Source of the DNA: Phoronis australis
Lineage: Eukaryota > Animalia > Phoronida
DNA: 64,000 bases
Direction: 5' to 3'
NCBI GenBank assembly: GCA_002633005.1
Contig: NMRA01000160.1
Coordinates: 62,001-126,000, forward strand
Numbering within the stretch: position 1 is the first letter of the stretch; each line of letters opens with the position of its first letter. Made by a program: the position numbers and the translations under genes. This document shows, piece after piece, positions 42,701 to 55,200 of the stretch. The notes below the pieces were generated by a model. It saw only the letters and a list, made by a program, of their open reading frames with translations. It was not told the origin of the DNA and did no database searches.

Positions 42701-45700
42701 TCAACACGATCGACTTGTCACGTAAAGTTCTTATCAACATTACGCGTAACGCGGGTACATTTGGCAGGGTACGGGTCAGTTTCGGTATCGTCTACGACCA
42801 GGTGAGTGGGAAAGAATTGTTTACAACCTGACCTCACTAGATTATGCACTTTGCATGAGGTCAACATTTGAGGAGGTGACGAGGAAATGTCTCTAACTCT
42901 CAAATCTGATTCTGGGCTTACAGTATTTGCTGTGGTTAATAATTCTATTTTAGCCAAAGCGTTGTTTTTCAAATCTATCCAGATAATAAACCACAGGATA
43001 TCTATTCATAGCCATTCTGTTGTTGAAGTTGGCTATATCTACTGGGCTTTTGAGTTCCAGTCACTACAGGGTAACTTGGGCGACAGACCAATGTTCCGAT
43101 GGGTAGTGAATGGGGGATAGTACTGGTTTGTAATGTTTAACGAAGCAAGGTGTATGAGATTTCCGACGCATACCTGTGTATGAGATTTCATTTCAGTCTG
43201 ATCTTCATCTGTATTCACTATTCACTAAATTAACAATCATGTAACAAACACAAAACCTATTTCTATCATTTTCTCTTTCAGCCTGTTGATGAATTTTCTT
43301 CCTCACCTTTAATGCATGTAACTATTGTTTCTTTATCTTTTGTTAGTTACTTGTTACTTTATAGTTTTCATCACTAATTGAATGATTTTATTATAACTCA
43401 CAGCTGTTTCATTAACCTTCTGACAGTCATCACGTGCACACTTCTTATGTGTTCACTACTTTCAAGAATTGTTAGTGTTGTGCACATAAAGTCCTATTTT
43501 TGGTAGCACCTCTTCAAAAGGTGTAACATGTTACAAACAATTCTTAATGACTTGTGAACATTGCATTAAGTACAGTTAACTGTTTCAAGTTGTCTGAAAG
43601 TTTCATAATTGTTTGATGCGAGAGAATCGGTCTTTGGGAACTAAAAAAGACGACAAAATTGCCATGTTGATGCAAAATAGCTGAAGAATTGACATAAGTA
43701 ATTAAAACTAAATTATTCCCAGCGTTCTTGTTTCTACAGGGTGAATCAGGAATATCGTATGTGCCTAGTTCATCTGCGGTCATGTTTGAAAATGGAGACA
43801 AGTTCAAGCTGGTTGATGTCAACATCCAATCTAATGTGTTCCTTACAAAGGGCACCACGTTTACAGTTGAACTGACCTCTGTACAGTACATAGGAGATGG
43901 TACGGTCTGGTTTTATGTTTTCTGTTGGTTTAGAAATGTGTTTAATATCAACAACAGCTTTGAAAGAACCACGCAGTGCCATCTTTGAAACATTCTTTTT
44001 TAACTTCATGTTTAGAGATAGAAGCCTTTGAGTCCTTTTTTGCCACAGTGAGTTAACATTTCTAATTACACACGATAAAATTAAACTTGCAGTATTGCAA
44101 CTTGCAGTTTTGCAACTTGCAGTATTGCAACTTGCAGTTTTGCAAGTTGCAGTATTGCAACTTGCAGTTTTGCAAGTTGCAGTATTGCAACTTGCAGTTT
44201 TGCAAGTTGCATAATCTGAAGCTAGTTTGTAGTTGAAGAAAAAATACGAATTGCTGGAGCATCATGAAGGGAAGGCATTAGGCATCAAATGTTTTTCGTC
44301 ACACGACTGACTATGAAATACGTATGCGTGACTCAAGATATTTTATTTGCAGACTCACTAAAGCAGTTAATTTCCACTCTTGGAAAATCGAAACATTTTT
44401 GAGTAGCATCACAAACAACTATCATGACAAAACGCTAACCCCCGTCTTCTTCGGACTGGGAATTGTGGGAAAAGTAGAAATGTTTTACCCACCTACGTAC
44501 CCATCTTGGAAGAGAGAGGGCAGGGTAAGAGAAAGAATGGTTAATAATTTAAATTTTTGTTCATTTTATTCCAGCGACGATCCCGCCAAAGATAGCCGCT
44601 CAGTACAAGAATGTCAAGGTCGCAGTGCCACAGGAAGCAGCCAATAGCGAAGTGGGATTCCAGACAACGGTGATCAATGTGGATGATGGTATGTCATGTG
44701 AAACTGTTGACCACCGGTGATAAAACACTACTTTAAGTTAATATTGGCGAGATCATTGCATTATTATCTAATATTTTTCTTTCAATTGATTCCTTGAGGC
44801 CGATATTCTAACCGTAGTTGATAGGCAGTATAACCTCGTCACTTAATGCAGTGACGCGCCAGATCTTAGTGACAAAACTGGATAAAGTTAATACATTTAA
44901 GGTGGTAAGATTTGTATTTTGTTCACAATCTGTACACTACCCTGTGCTGAACGATTACCGTCCTCTGTTAAAAATACAACTGAAAGATTTGCCTGTTCAT
45001 AAGACAGTTTTCCTGCAAACTAGTTCTTTTATCTGAGATTTCCACATCTTTCGACTTAACGTTCCATAGGTAGGGTGTTAGCTAAGCCTACATATCTACA
45101 AAATCTCCAAATTTGCACTGGTTGAACAACATAGGTCAAGGCTGAATGAAACTGTGGGAATAAGTAATGTTGGTCTGTCAACTTACTTAGTACCATGCTT
45201 TTCATTTTTGCGAGGTTTCAGCTGAAAAGTTTGCTCAAAGTTGAACGTGCTTGACTTTGTAATTAGTCGGCCAACGCCTGTGGCATGCCGCGCGACATGT
45301 AGAGTCATCGATGTATGCAAATTTTGACGTCGATCGATATGTCGCTCAACTTTTTGCCCGACAATGTCGCTCGTTTGTAGTGGTTTTACGACGTCTGATT
45401 GGTTCTTCATGACGACTTCTGGTTTTAATCGATCAGATGTCTTTAAGTTAACTACATGTAGTTGACCTGGTACAACCAGCAGCCATTGTTACCGAAGACT
45501 GAACTAGGCTATTTAGATTGTCGGTATGTTTTGAATGCAAAAACGGTTGGAAATAGGTGAAACACCAGATGGAGCTACTAAATGTTAACATTAAGTTACT
45601 TTTTAAAAGTTACGTCAAGTGCTTCATCGGTGGCTCCTAAATGGACAACTTCACGTTAAAATAAAATAAGATAAAAGTGGTTTATGAAGCTAAAAATAAA

Positions 45701-48700
45701 ATCTATGAGCTCCATTCTGACAACAGTATAGGCGTAGAAAACTAGAAAATGTTAACTGGCCTTATTGCATAGCTTCGATTTTTGTGACTGCTGGAAAATT
45801 AAATTATAAACATTTTACATTTGCCAGGGTAATAGTCTTATTGCCTTAATAGGGCTGAATATGACGTTAAGTAAAATCACCAGTTTTATTTTCCAATGCT
45901 TGTTAACATACAGTGTTCTACGCTTTGTGCTGGAAACTAGTAATTTTTAGATGTCAGTCATTCACCCTCTGGCTCCTCCCCTTGCAGCAACGAATAAAGC
46001 TTCAGTTGTCATTGAGCGAATTGGTTCCTACGGCAAGATCAGCATTGACTGGCAGGCAGGGTACCCTGTAGGCACTCTACCCCAGGGCTTCACAAGAGGA
46101 ATCGTGCTCCCAAGCAGTGGCAGGGTACAGTTTAGTCATGGAGAGTCGACTAAGGCTTTTGAAGTTGAGGTGAGATGATATCTAAGACACGTTGAAGCTG
46201 GCAGATTAATTTATGGTAAAATCTTGCCAATTTCAGACAAATACAATTGCTGTAATAGCCGTTTTTGTCGTTTTTTCGAAGGCCTCTGAACACTTGATGG
46301 TGGCAGTTCTGGTGACAAGTCTAAAAAATGAAAAATCATTACTTTTGGGTTTTGCAATGAGAAAATGAAATATGATAAATTTCACTTGTCCACCATCATA
46401 TTGTGTTCTACTTTATCGTATTTGTTCCATATTGACCATTTAAGCACACTGTGTGGAATGCATAAAGAACAAAAAGCACATAATGACGTTCCCATTTTGC
46501 GGAGGCTCAGGTTTACGCAAGAAATGCGTCCTTTTCATTGCGGTGTTGTGGCTGGTATAACAGTGGTTCCTAGATCGTGCTGAGCCCCCATTAGAACGCT
46601 TGAATCGGTTTAGATGTGCATGAGGCCTGGCCAATATTGTGATAGATTTGGTCTTCTGATCGGCTGCTATCACTCCTAAGTTATCGAAGTATGTACTAAA
46701 CTTTCCCACGTGCACTTACTTCTTTCATGACTGTGCTCAGTTATTAAGATTTTAATCACATGACATCTTTCAAAAAATTTTCTGGAAGTATTTTGATTGT
46801 AAACCAGCAGAAAATCACACCGTGTGTGAAATGTCGACATTTCTCATTATTTATATTTTGTTTCCTTCACTCATCATATCGGGACTTATCTCGCCCGTAC
46901 AGTTGACCTCCCAGGCCAATGCTGCTGAGTTGTTTGCTGTCCACCTGCCACGTGACCCTTCATCTGAGGATGGGGGTGGAGCTAAGCTAAGAACAGGCTA
47001 TACGATTGGTGAGATTGAGCCCATGGGTGTCATCCAGTTTGCAGCTAACTCACGTACTGTGTCTGTCACTGAAGATGACTTGGAGGTAGGGATCCGTGTG
47101 TGTGTACGAGTGTTTCAATGCAACTTTTGGAGTTGGAAATTCATGTTCAATTATGAAGTTGTACTTTGCAATCTGAGTGTGTTGACAACGAGCCAAGAGT
47201 GATATGTGACCCACCACCACAAAATGAGTCTTAAGTCGGGATTTGACATTTTTTTAATTGTTATATTTTCTGAAAATACAGTGTTTTCTGATCATTTTGA
47301 GGTATGAAACATGTCCTCATCTTCACAAATGACCGAGTTATTGCCAATTCTAGTCGGGGAAAGCGAAAATTTAGAGCTTTCAAAAGTCAAGGAAAATGGC
47401 CGACAAAAAGTGCCGATAGTGTCTTTAAAATTTCCATAGCAACCTGCAGTTGAATGCTACATTTCAGACTTATTAGTATACACAACAACATAAACAAATA
47501 AAACTAATCAAAAATTAGAAAGAATATAGACCTTATTATGTAATCTCAGCCAAAAAGGAGTGATATTCATGTTGGGTTGCTGCAACTGGGTCAATAAATT
47601 TCCCACCTAAAGCGGAGAGCGTCATTGCCTAAAGTATACAGGGTCAGTCCACTTGTGGCAGGAGGGGTTACCGCAAGTAAAACAAGTAGTTAAGTGTATT
47701 TTGTAGAAGTTTAATACAATGAAGTCCTGTAGATTACAAAATACACATTTCTGGTTGATTTTTGTTCAAAATAATTCAAAATTTTACGCTAGTGTGAATA
47801 ATTTTGAAAAAAATGACAATCACTCATCCCTATCCAAGTCCACTGACACTGACTGAAGAGCAACCATTTCTTCAACTTCTCACCGAGTGATTCAGCCCTA
47901 TCGAAGATTGTTCTCTCTTGCAGTAATATTCAGCTGCTTGCACCCCGATCCACTGGCTTTGCAGATACAAGACATTGTTGTGCGATTAAGCTAATCCGGA
48001 CTGTTTTCTTCAAGTTCTGTTTGTTCCAATCCAACGACTTGGAATCCAACGTAACCGTATTCGCGATGGGTCAATCATGAAACTCATCTGGCGACGAGTT
48101 GCTGTCGTCAGACGACTCGTCGCTGTCACGAAATTCCTCCTTGTCTCAATCAACAAATGTGCTCTTTGATGAGTTCAGTTAATTCTCGCTGATCTTGATA
48201 CGGCAGTCAGAGGCAAGAGTTAATCACTGAGATATCAGCTACACGGCGACCAGCCATCTTACTGTCTTGAAAACATGCCGTGACCTCGCGACCCCACAGT
48301 TTCACACCCACTTAACTAGTTCTAGCGAATGAGGTCAGCGATGCATTGGGTTAAAAGGCTGTTGCTAGCTAAAAGACTGGTGAGTGACACTTCTGTTGAA
48401 AATACCCCGAATGCAAAAAGTGAAATAACGACTGATGATTGGACGAAAAACTCAAAGAGCTTACTACATGCATAATGAGCAGAGTTTGACCTTTCTGTTG
48501 ATGTGTTTACGAGCGAATTGGGTCATCGGAAGACTGAGCAATGAGGACACGAAAACCGGCAAATTTCGATGAAAATTTCACGAGATATGCAGCCGTGGAG
48601 AAGGTGATGTTTTTCAAAATGAAATAAATAAGATTTAAAATGAAGTTTGCTTGTTTTAAAGTATTGTTTTGTGAAGTAGAATGAATAAATAATCATAATC

Positions 48701-51700
48701 TGCAATAAAAAAATTTGACCTAATTTTAACCGATAGCGACTGTTTGCAGTCTGGTCGGGAAATAGAGTTTCCGACTTAAGACTCATTTTGTGGTGGTGGG
48801 TCACATATATGAAGTGGTATGAATAACTGGCATCGGTAAGCAATTTACTGACCCACTTAATGCTAATTAGGTTAAGCTGAAATCGCAAACTTCTGACTGG
48901 AATACACAGCATGGGTGAATCGTCCGTTCTAGTGAATTAATGGACTCCATTCAGAGTTAAATTATGAATGCTAACATGGTGTTTAAAAAAATTAGGTTCT
49001 GCCCGAAAACATGAATTAAAGTATGGAATGACTTTGAGAGCTGTCACTTCGTAAGGCTTTAAAGATTATGCATTTGGAAAAATGAACGATTTCTGCGTGC
49101 TTTCTCAAGCGCTTTCAACATCTGACTGAAACAAAGATGTAGACATTAATGTTTCACTTAAATCAAAAGTGCCTACTTTAAATTTTTAAAGTCACCGCTA
49201 ATTTTACCCCCAACAATAATTTTGTAAACTTAGTGAATCAAAAAGTTCTGTGATTTGTTCAATTGCTTTTCCATTTAAACAAAATTTTAATTTAAGTTTA
49301 TTTTATTTTATTTTATTTTGCTAAAATGATTTCGCCTGACTGATCTATAAAGGTCCGTGTGTTCATAGTCAGTTATTTTATTACCAGTCAAACCTAACGA
49401 TTAGTGAATGACATGGCTGTTGGTGCGACATATTAAATATCATTTCGGCTTCGTCAATAATCGAGACAAAATTTTAAAATGTGGTAGATGTATGCAGTGA
49501 TAAAACAGTAGCATTGACTGTTAGTTCTGTTCTTGTCCACTAGGTGACACTGGTTGTCCAACGTCTATACGGAACCCTGAAGAGCGTCAAGATTCGCTAC
49601 TCCACGTCCAGTGGGTCAGCGACTGGAGATGTAGACTACGAACAGATACCGGAGAGTGCTGTGACAATAGCAGAAAAGAAGACCACAGCTCAGATTCGCT
49701 TTCGGGTGAGATAGAGGGGGGTGTCTGTGGCTCACATGGTTTGATTAAGTCTGCATGCCCACAGGTTGTCCAATTCAATAGCCTAAGTGTACCTCATGGA
49801 CAGATTGTTTTTTGCCATCTGTTGTTCACAAGTTGTCGTTTCAGAGCATGTCCGCTAATATAGTGTCAATGTCCTTTTTTCAAACACAAGTCAAGCTAAG
49901 GTTATTGGATTTTTCAGGTTTAATGTTCATTAAAATTTCTGTACACCTACGTTAATCAGATGGAAATAGCTTGAGTTTGTGAAATTTGCCGTGAACTTTT
50001 TGACCTAAAATGGTAAATTGTGTTGTTGGGAAGATACATCTAGTTAAATGAAACATCAATTTTCAATTGAAAATCGATTGAAATAATAAAACTGAAAATT
50101 TCCTTTGAAAATGGACTCATTTATATTCTCAGAGCTGACCCTTTGTTCACTGTGTTTAGATTAAGAAAGACAACATACCAGAAAACGATGAAGATTTCTT
50201 TGTGAACCTGAAGGCCGTGTTCCAGTTACCAACTTTAGGTGGCGACCCAGTCAGTCCGCGCCTTAGTCAGCTGTACAACTCGTCGCGTGTGATCATTGGA
50301 AGTAATAGTGACCCCAACGGTGTTCTGAGCATCGAGGCTAGTCCATCAGCTATTGACGAGACGCCGAGTGTGGTTCAGTTGACTGTGTATAGGAGGGGTG
50401 AGTGTGCAGTCGCAGCCAATAGATAGTTGTGACGTGTCAAAAATCAAGCTAATTAATTATCCCTGCAAATCAAAGTCCGGGAACATGAAACCATCGTTTT
50501 TGTCCCACAAACAATTGGGTCGTGAGCAAAAGCATAATGAAGACCATAGCTCTACGATGTTCTTGGTTCACCTGCAGTGCAGTTGAACAGTATGTGAAGA
50601 AAGTTTGAGGAAACAAGCCTGTTGTTGTCTTAAAGCTTATAGCAGACTTCACGATCACTATCATGATTTAAATTGTTGATATTTGGCTTGATAAACAAAA
50701 TTTTCACTTAAGGTCTTACTTTATACATAACCTTTAATATTTTCTATAGTTTCGTCGTCTCTTCCTAGGTGGCACTTTTGGAACCATAAGCGTGCGTGTG
50801 AGAACCATCGGGGGTGGTGAGAGCTGGACTGTAGATGAACAGCCTGGACCTTCTAACAACACCGTGAAACAGGTGCTAGGCAACAGGAATAAAATATTGG
50901 CTGCTACCGCTGGCGTGGATTACAGACAAGTCGATGAAGTCGTCACATTTCAGGTGTGGTATGAAGACTAATTAGTGGCGCTTAGATTTTATGGAAACGA
51001 TTTTCTACTATGTTGTTGGATTGTTTTATTTGCAGCATGAATTTACCTCCAGTTGTCTCTCAGTAATAGTGGTCTGCCCCCTGTTGTGATAATCTATGCA
51101 CGCTAGTGATTCTGAACGTTTCGCTGAGTGCAGAGTAAAGGTAGGATTGAATGTTGAAATGAGGATTGAGTAGCAAAAGAAGCTGTGGTTAATTGTCCAT
51201 GTGAATACACACCACTCATGACTGGTTTGTTTACATAGGATGGCCAGCTGCAGGCCCAGCTATCTGTAGCTATTTTGGATGATGCCGAACCTGAATCAGA
51301 CGAGACCGTAGTTGTCTACCTTGACCAAGTAACCGGAGGAGCCCGCGTAGCTAATGGTGCCTCTGACAGTGGTCGCACTGTAAGTGTCCAGTTTTGGTTA
51401 TTGGATAGTGTAATAAAGTTTGATACTTCGTGGTGCTAGATGTCCTATGAAAACATTTTTAAGGGAATTTACTTGATTTTGTAGAGGGTCAGCATGTTTG
51501 TCGCGAGTAACAGCCATGAAACAAGCATGTACACAACGTTGTCAAATATTTTAGATTTGTGGAATGTAATAAAATTATTGCAAATACGTGGAAAAGTTCA
51601 TTTCATCAAAAAAGCAAAATAATTATTATTTTTCTTAGTTTTATGTACAATGCCATGCAATGTATAATGTAAGCAAGTTTATACCATTTAATTAAATAAT

Positions 51701-52184
51701 GTAGACTCTTCTAATTTGCAGCTAGGTAATGAATCTTTATATATTTACTACTTACGTGGTGTGTGATGTTCAAATATTCAATTGATTTGATGAAGTTTTG
51801 GTAATTATTATAAACACTTAAAAGATTATTATAAGCAAAGTGGGTTTGGATTGAAAGATTTACTGCAACTGCTACGGTATGCATGTTGCAAAGTAATACG
51901 GCAAAATGTTGTGGGGTTTTCCATGATGGCAGTTGGATCTTGGCTAAGTACACAGATTTGTCAATAAGGTTTTACTTAATCTTAACTTGTAATTTAGTAA
52001 ACCTGTTTTTTCTAATACAGCATCTAAGTGCCCTGTCTTTCTGTTTCTGTTGTTTCACTTACGCTTGTGCACTCGTAGTCTCATAATTTAGTCGAATGTC
52101 TTTTCATACATGACATGTTCATGGTCAGTACTTATACTGTACTTATACTAAGTGTCACAGATGCATGTGTGTGTGTGCTTGCAT

Positions 52185-52217
<33 letters not shown>

Positions 52218-52218
52218 A

Positions 52219-52272
<54 letters not shown>

Positions 52273-55200
52273 ATTCAAGCTAATCTCCTTCTATGCAGGA
52301 CTACACCATCGTTACCATCAAGCGCAACGACCTGTGGAACGGACTGATTGGCTTCGCCCCGTACTCGCTGCTTGTAACCGCGGATGAAGATGGATCGGCC
52401 AAGGCGGATCTTGTGCTAGAGAGAAAGAATGCGTCGAGGCAACCGTACGAGGCCAGGGTAAGGGAGTAGTGGACATGCGTGTGCGCGTGCGTGTGTGTGG
52501 TTGGTGCTATGTGTGCATTAGGAGGGCTGTGGTCCAGGTCAAGGTCATTAAACGCACTGCTGTTGCTGAGCTGCATTTTTTGTGTTTTTTTTGCCGAGAT
52601 GCGTGGTTTTTGCTATTCCTTAGAAAACATACAAGATACTTCCAAGTTAGGATTTTAATGTAAAAGTTGTGTTTTAGGTGGAGTTTTTACACGTCTCCCG
52701 GAAACATTTTATATACCTCTGAGGCATATTCTCTTCGTTAGTTTATGGTTACCCAGCAAGTCTGGATTTGCTCTGAATAAGGCATTAAGTCAATTCTTCT
52801 TATTCTATAACTACCTGAGTGATATTTTGCATGTTAAACCACATCAAACTTGCTTTATTTTATTTTATTTTATTTTATTTCATTGTTGTTAGCTTGTAGC
52901 CTCTGAAAACTTGCAGAGTAGTCTCAGACAAGAGTTTCTATATCTGTCTCTCTCTCCCTTCCTCCCTCCCTGCCTCCCTCCCTCTCTCTCTGTGTGAGGT
53001 AATTTCATACCATTCTGTTATTCCTTACCACAGGTTGGCTGGGCAGCAGACTTCACGAAGGATTCTAAGATGGATGGCCAGCTGGTGACGTCTCGCGGTG
53101 AGGTGGTTTGCCCCGCATACACAACGCTATGTCGATTCAGCGTTTTCTTGCGAAACGATACTGTAAGTGTTTGTAGTTTGGTTCATTAAATAAAGTTTCA
53201 CAACAAATTTGACACAAGCACTTTTCGTCGCATTCTGACCAAATTTACATGGAAAATGTTTGCTTATCTTCACATTTTTTTGTCTCATTTTCTTCTCGGT
53301 TTTAGTCATAATAAAACTGGAAGAAATGTGACAAATTTCACATTTTAATAATTTTAATTTCTTTCAAAACAACAGTAATCACTTGCAATCGAAAGGTAGT
53401 GAGATTGTACGCTCTGTTCGACATATAAATATAATATATCATAGATTTGCTAAATTTGCACAAAATAATTAATAATTTAAGACCTTACCAAAGTGTTGAA
53501 ACGTCAACATTTTACGAAGCATGCCAGTGCTTAGCAAAAATTTTCTTGTCGTTATTTTTGTTGAGAAATTGTTTGCCATGTTGTGTACTAAATAAGTGCA
53601 GCATTTTCATACCCTTTCTGCAGACATCCCTGGTCAGGATCTGGGAACCAAGGAAAATTTGTTTAAAATCGTACTTTGCTGAAAAGTCTCGTGGCTTCAT
53701 CCTTATGATGTGTATTTTATAACATTTTCACAGGCAGAAATTTCTCAATTCTTGTCTGTTCTTTTTATGCGATTGCTCCAGTCAGCTATATTTTTGCAAG
53801 CTTTGCTATAGACTTGATAAATGGCTTGATGCCTTTTTGTATCTAAAGTTTTATTGATCGCTGTTTAGTTAATATTACTCTTACCTTAGGACATCCCATT
53901 TCACACAGTGATGTCAGTCTAGTGTTTTCATTGAATTTTCGCGACGATCACAAACAGTTACCAAGTTAGTATGTCTTGTTTTCTGTGGTTACACTCTGGT
54001 TAGAATTGAACTTGCACATGTAGGTGTAATTTTTGGCTAAACCACTTCATTCTAATCTTTTTTTAAATTTTGCCATTTTTGTCTCACCAATGTAACACTT
54101 GATATAAGTTTAATAAAAAATTGTTCGTACATCAGATTCTACTGTTATTGTTCTTCATGTAACACTTTGTTTGTTTGTTTGTTTGTTTGTTTGTTTATTT
54201 GTTGTGATACTGTATCATCTCCAGATTCCCGAGTTTAAAGGTTTCTTCACCGTGCAACTGAACAACCCTGGAGATGGCGTTAAGATCAACCGCGATGCTC
54301 AGAGTGCTCGAGTCGATGTCCTTCCGAGTGACGATCCTAACGGCCTCATTCAATTTGCGCAGGAATCCAGGTTTGTGCAGAATTGCTCCATTTGTTGTTG
54401 CCCATGTAAGAACCTAGCCCACTCCACAGTGAGTTCTAGGTGTAGGGCAAAATATGACCGACGGGTGAAGTTTTATTTTCTCATTTTGTTCAAGAAAGAT
54501 GTGTAGCACCAACGTGTTCAGGCTCTGCACACAAGCAACCACCAGACAAAATTTTGAAGAAGGGCAAATTTGCAGTTATTTTTGTCTGAAATTGGTGAGA
54601 TTTTGTCTTAACCTCTTTCTAAGATTGAAATGATGTTCGAACTTCCCAAAATACGTATAAGTCGTTACTTCGGACTGATCTCGGTAAGTTGGCTTGGGTC
54701 CGTTACAACGTGCTTCGTATTGGAATCAGCCTTGCTGTCAGCCAGATGAGCAACAGACTGGTTCCATTCTGGGCTTGGCTAGTCACTGATCCACAGGGGG
54801 TAATAAAACATTTGTCTTCTCAGCCAGGACCATAAACCCTTTGTTAAGCTGTGTTTAGTCTAACTGGGAAAGTTGTACTGTATGAGCAGAACTGCTTTCA
54901 CTGACTTTTCATGTCAATTTCAAAACGCCTATTGTGTGGGAAGGACACTCATGATTTACAACCATCCACAAAATTGTAAGCCACTGTGTGAACTACTTAT
55001 CTCCTCCAAGCCCAAAATGTCCCTGCACAGTTCCAACACCAGGTGGAGTTAATATCGCATAGTTCTGGTCTTTAACAGCTTTAAATGAAACCTCAACTTC
55101 AACATGTGTAGGGATGTTGTGCTTTAAATTGTTGTTATTGTTTTCAGAATTGTTCATGTTGAGAAGAATGCCCGCTCCGTCCAACTGCGAGTCAGACGTG

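Noticed and set aside
45230-45390. Harbinger-like MITE fragment (CpG-rich gtcgc/gcgac words)
   Set aside because: Only one plausible end was seen, with no matching TIR or TSD.
48523-48912. 129-aa ORF as a transposase
   Set aside because: It starts outside the TIR, is low-complexity and AT-rich, and has no DDE-like motifs.
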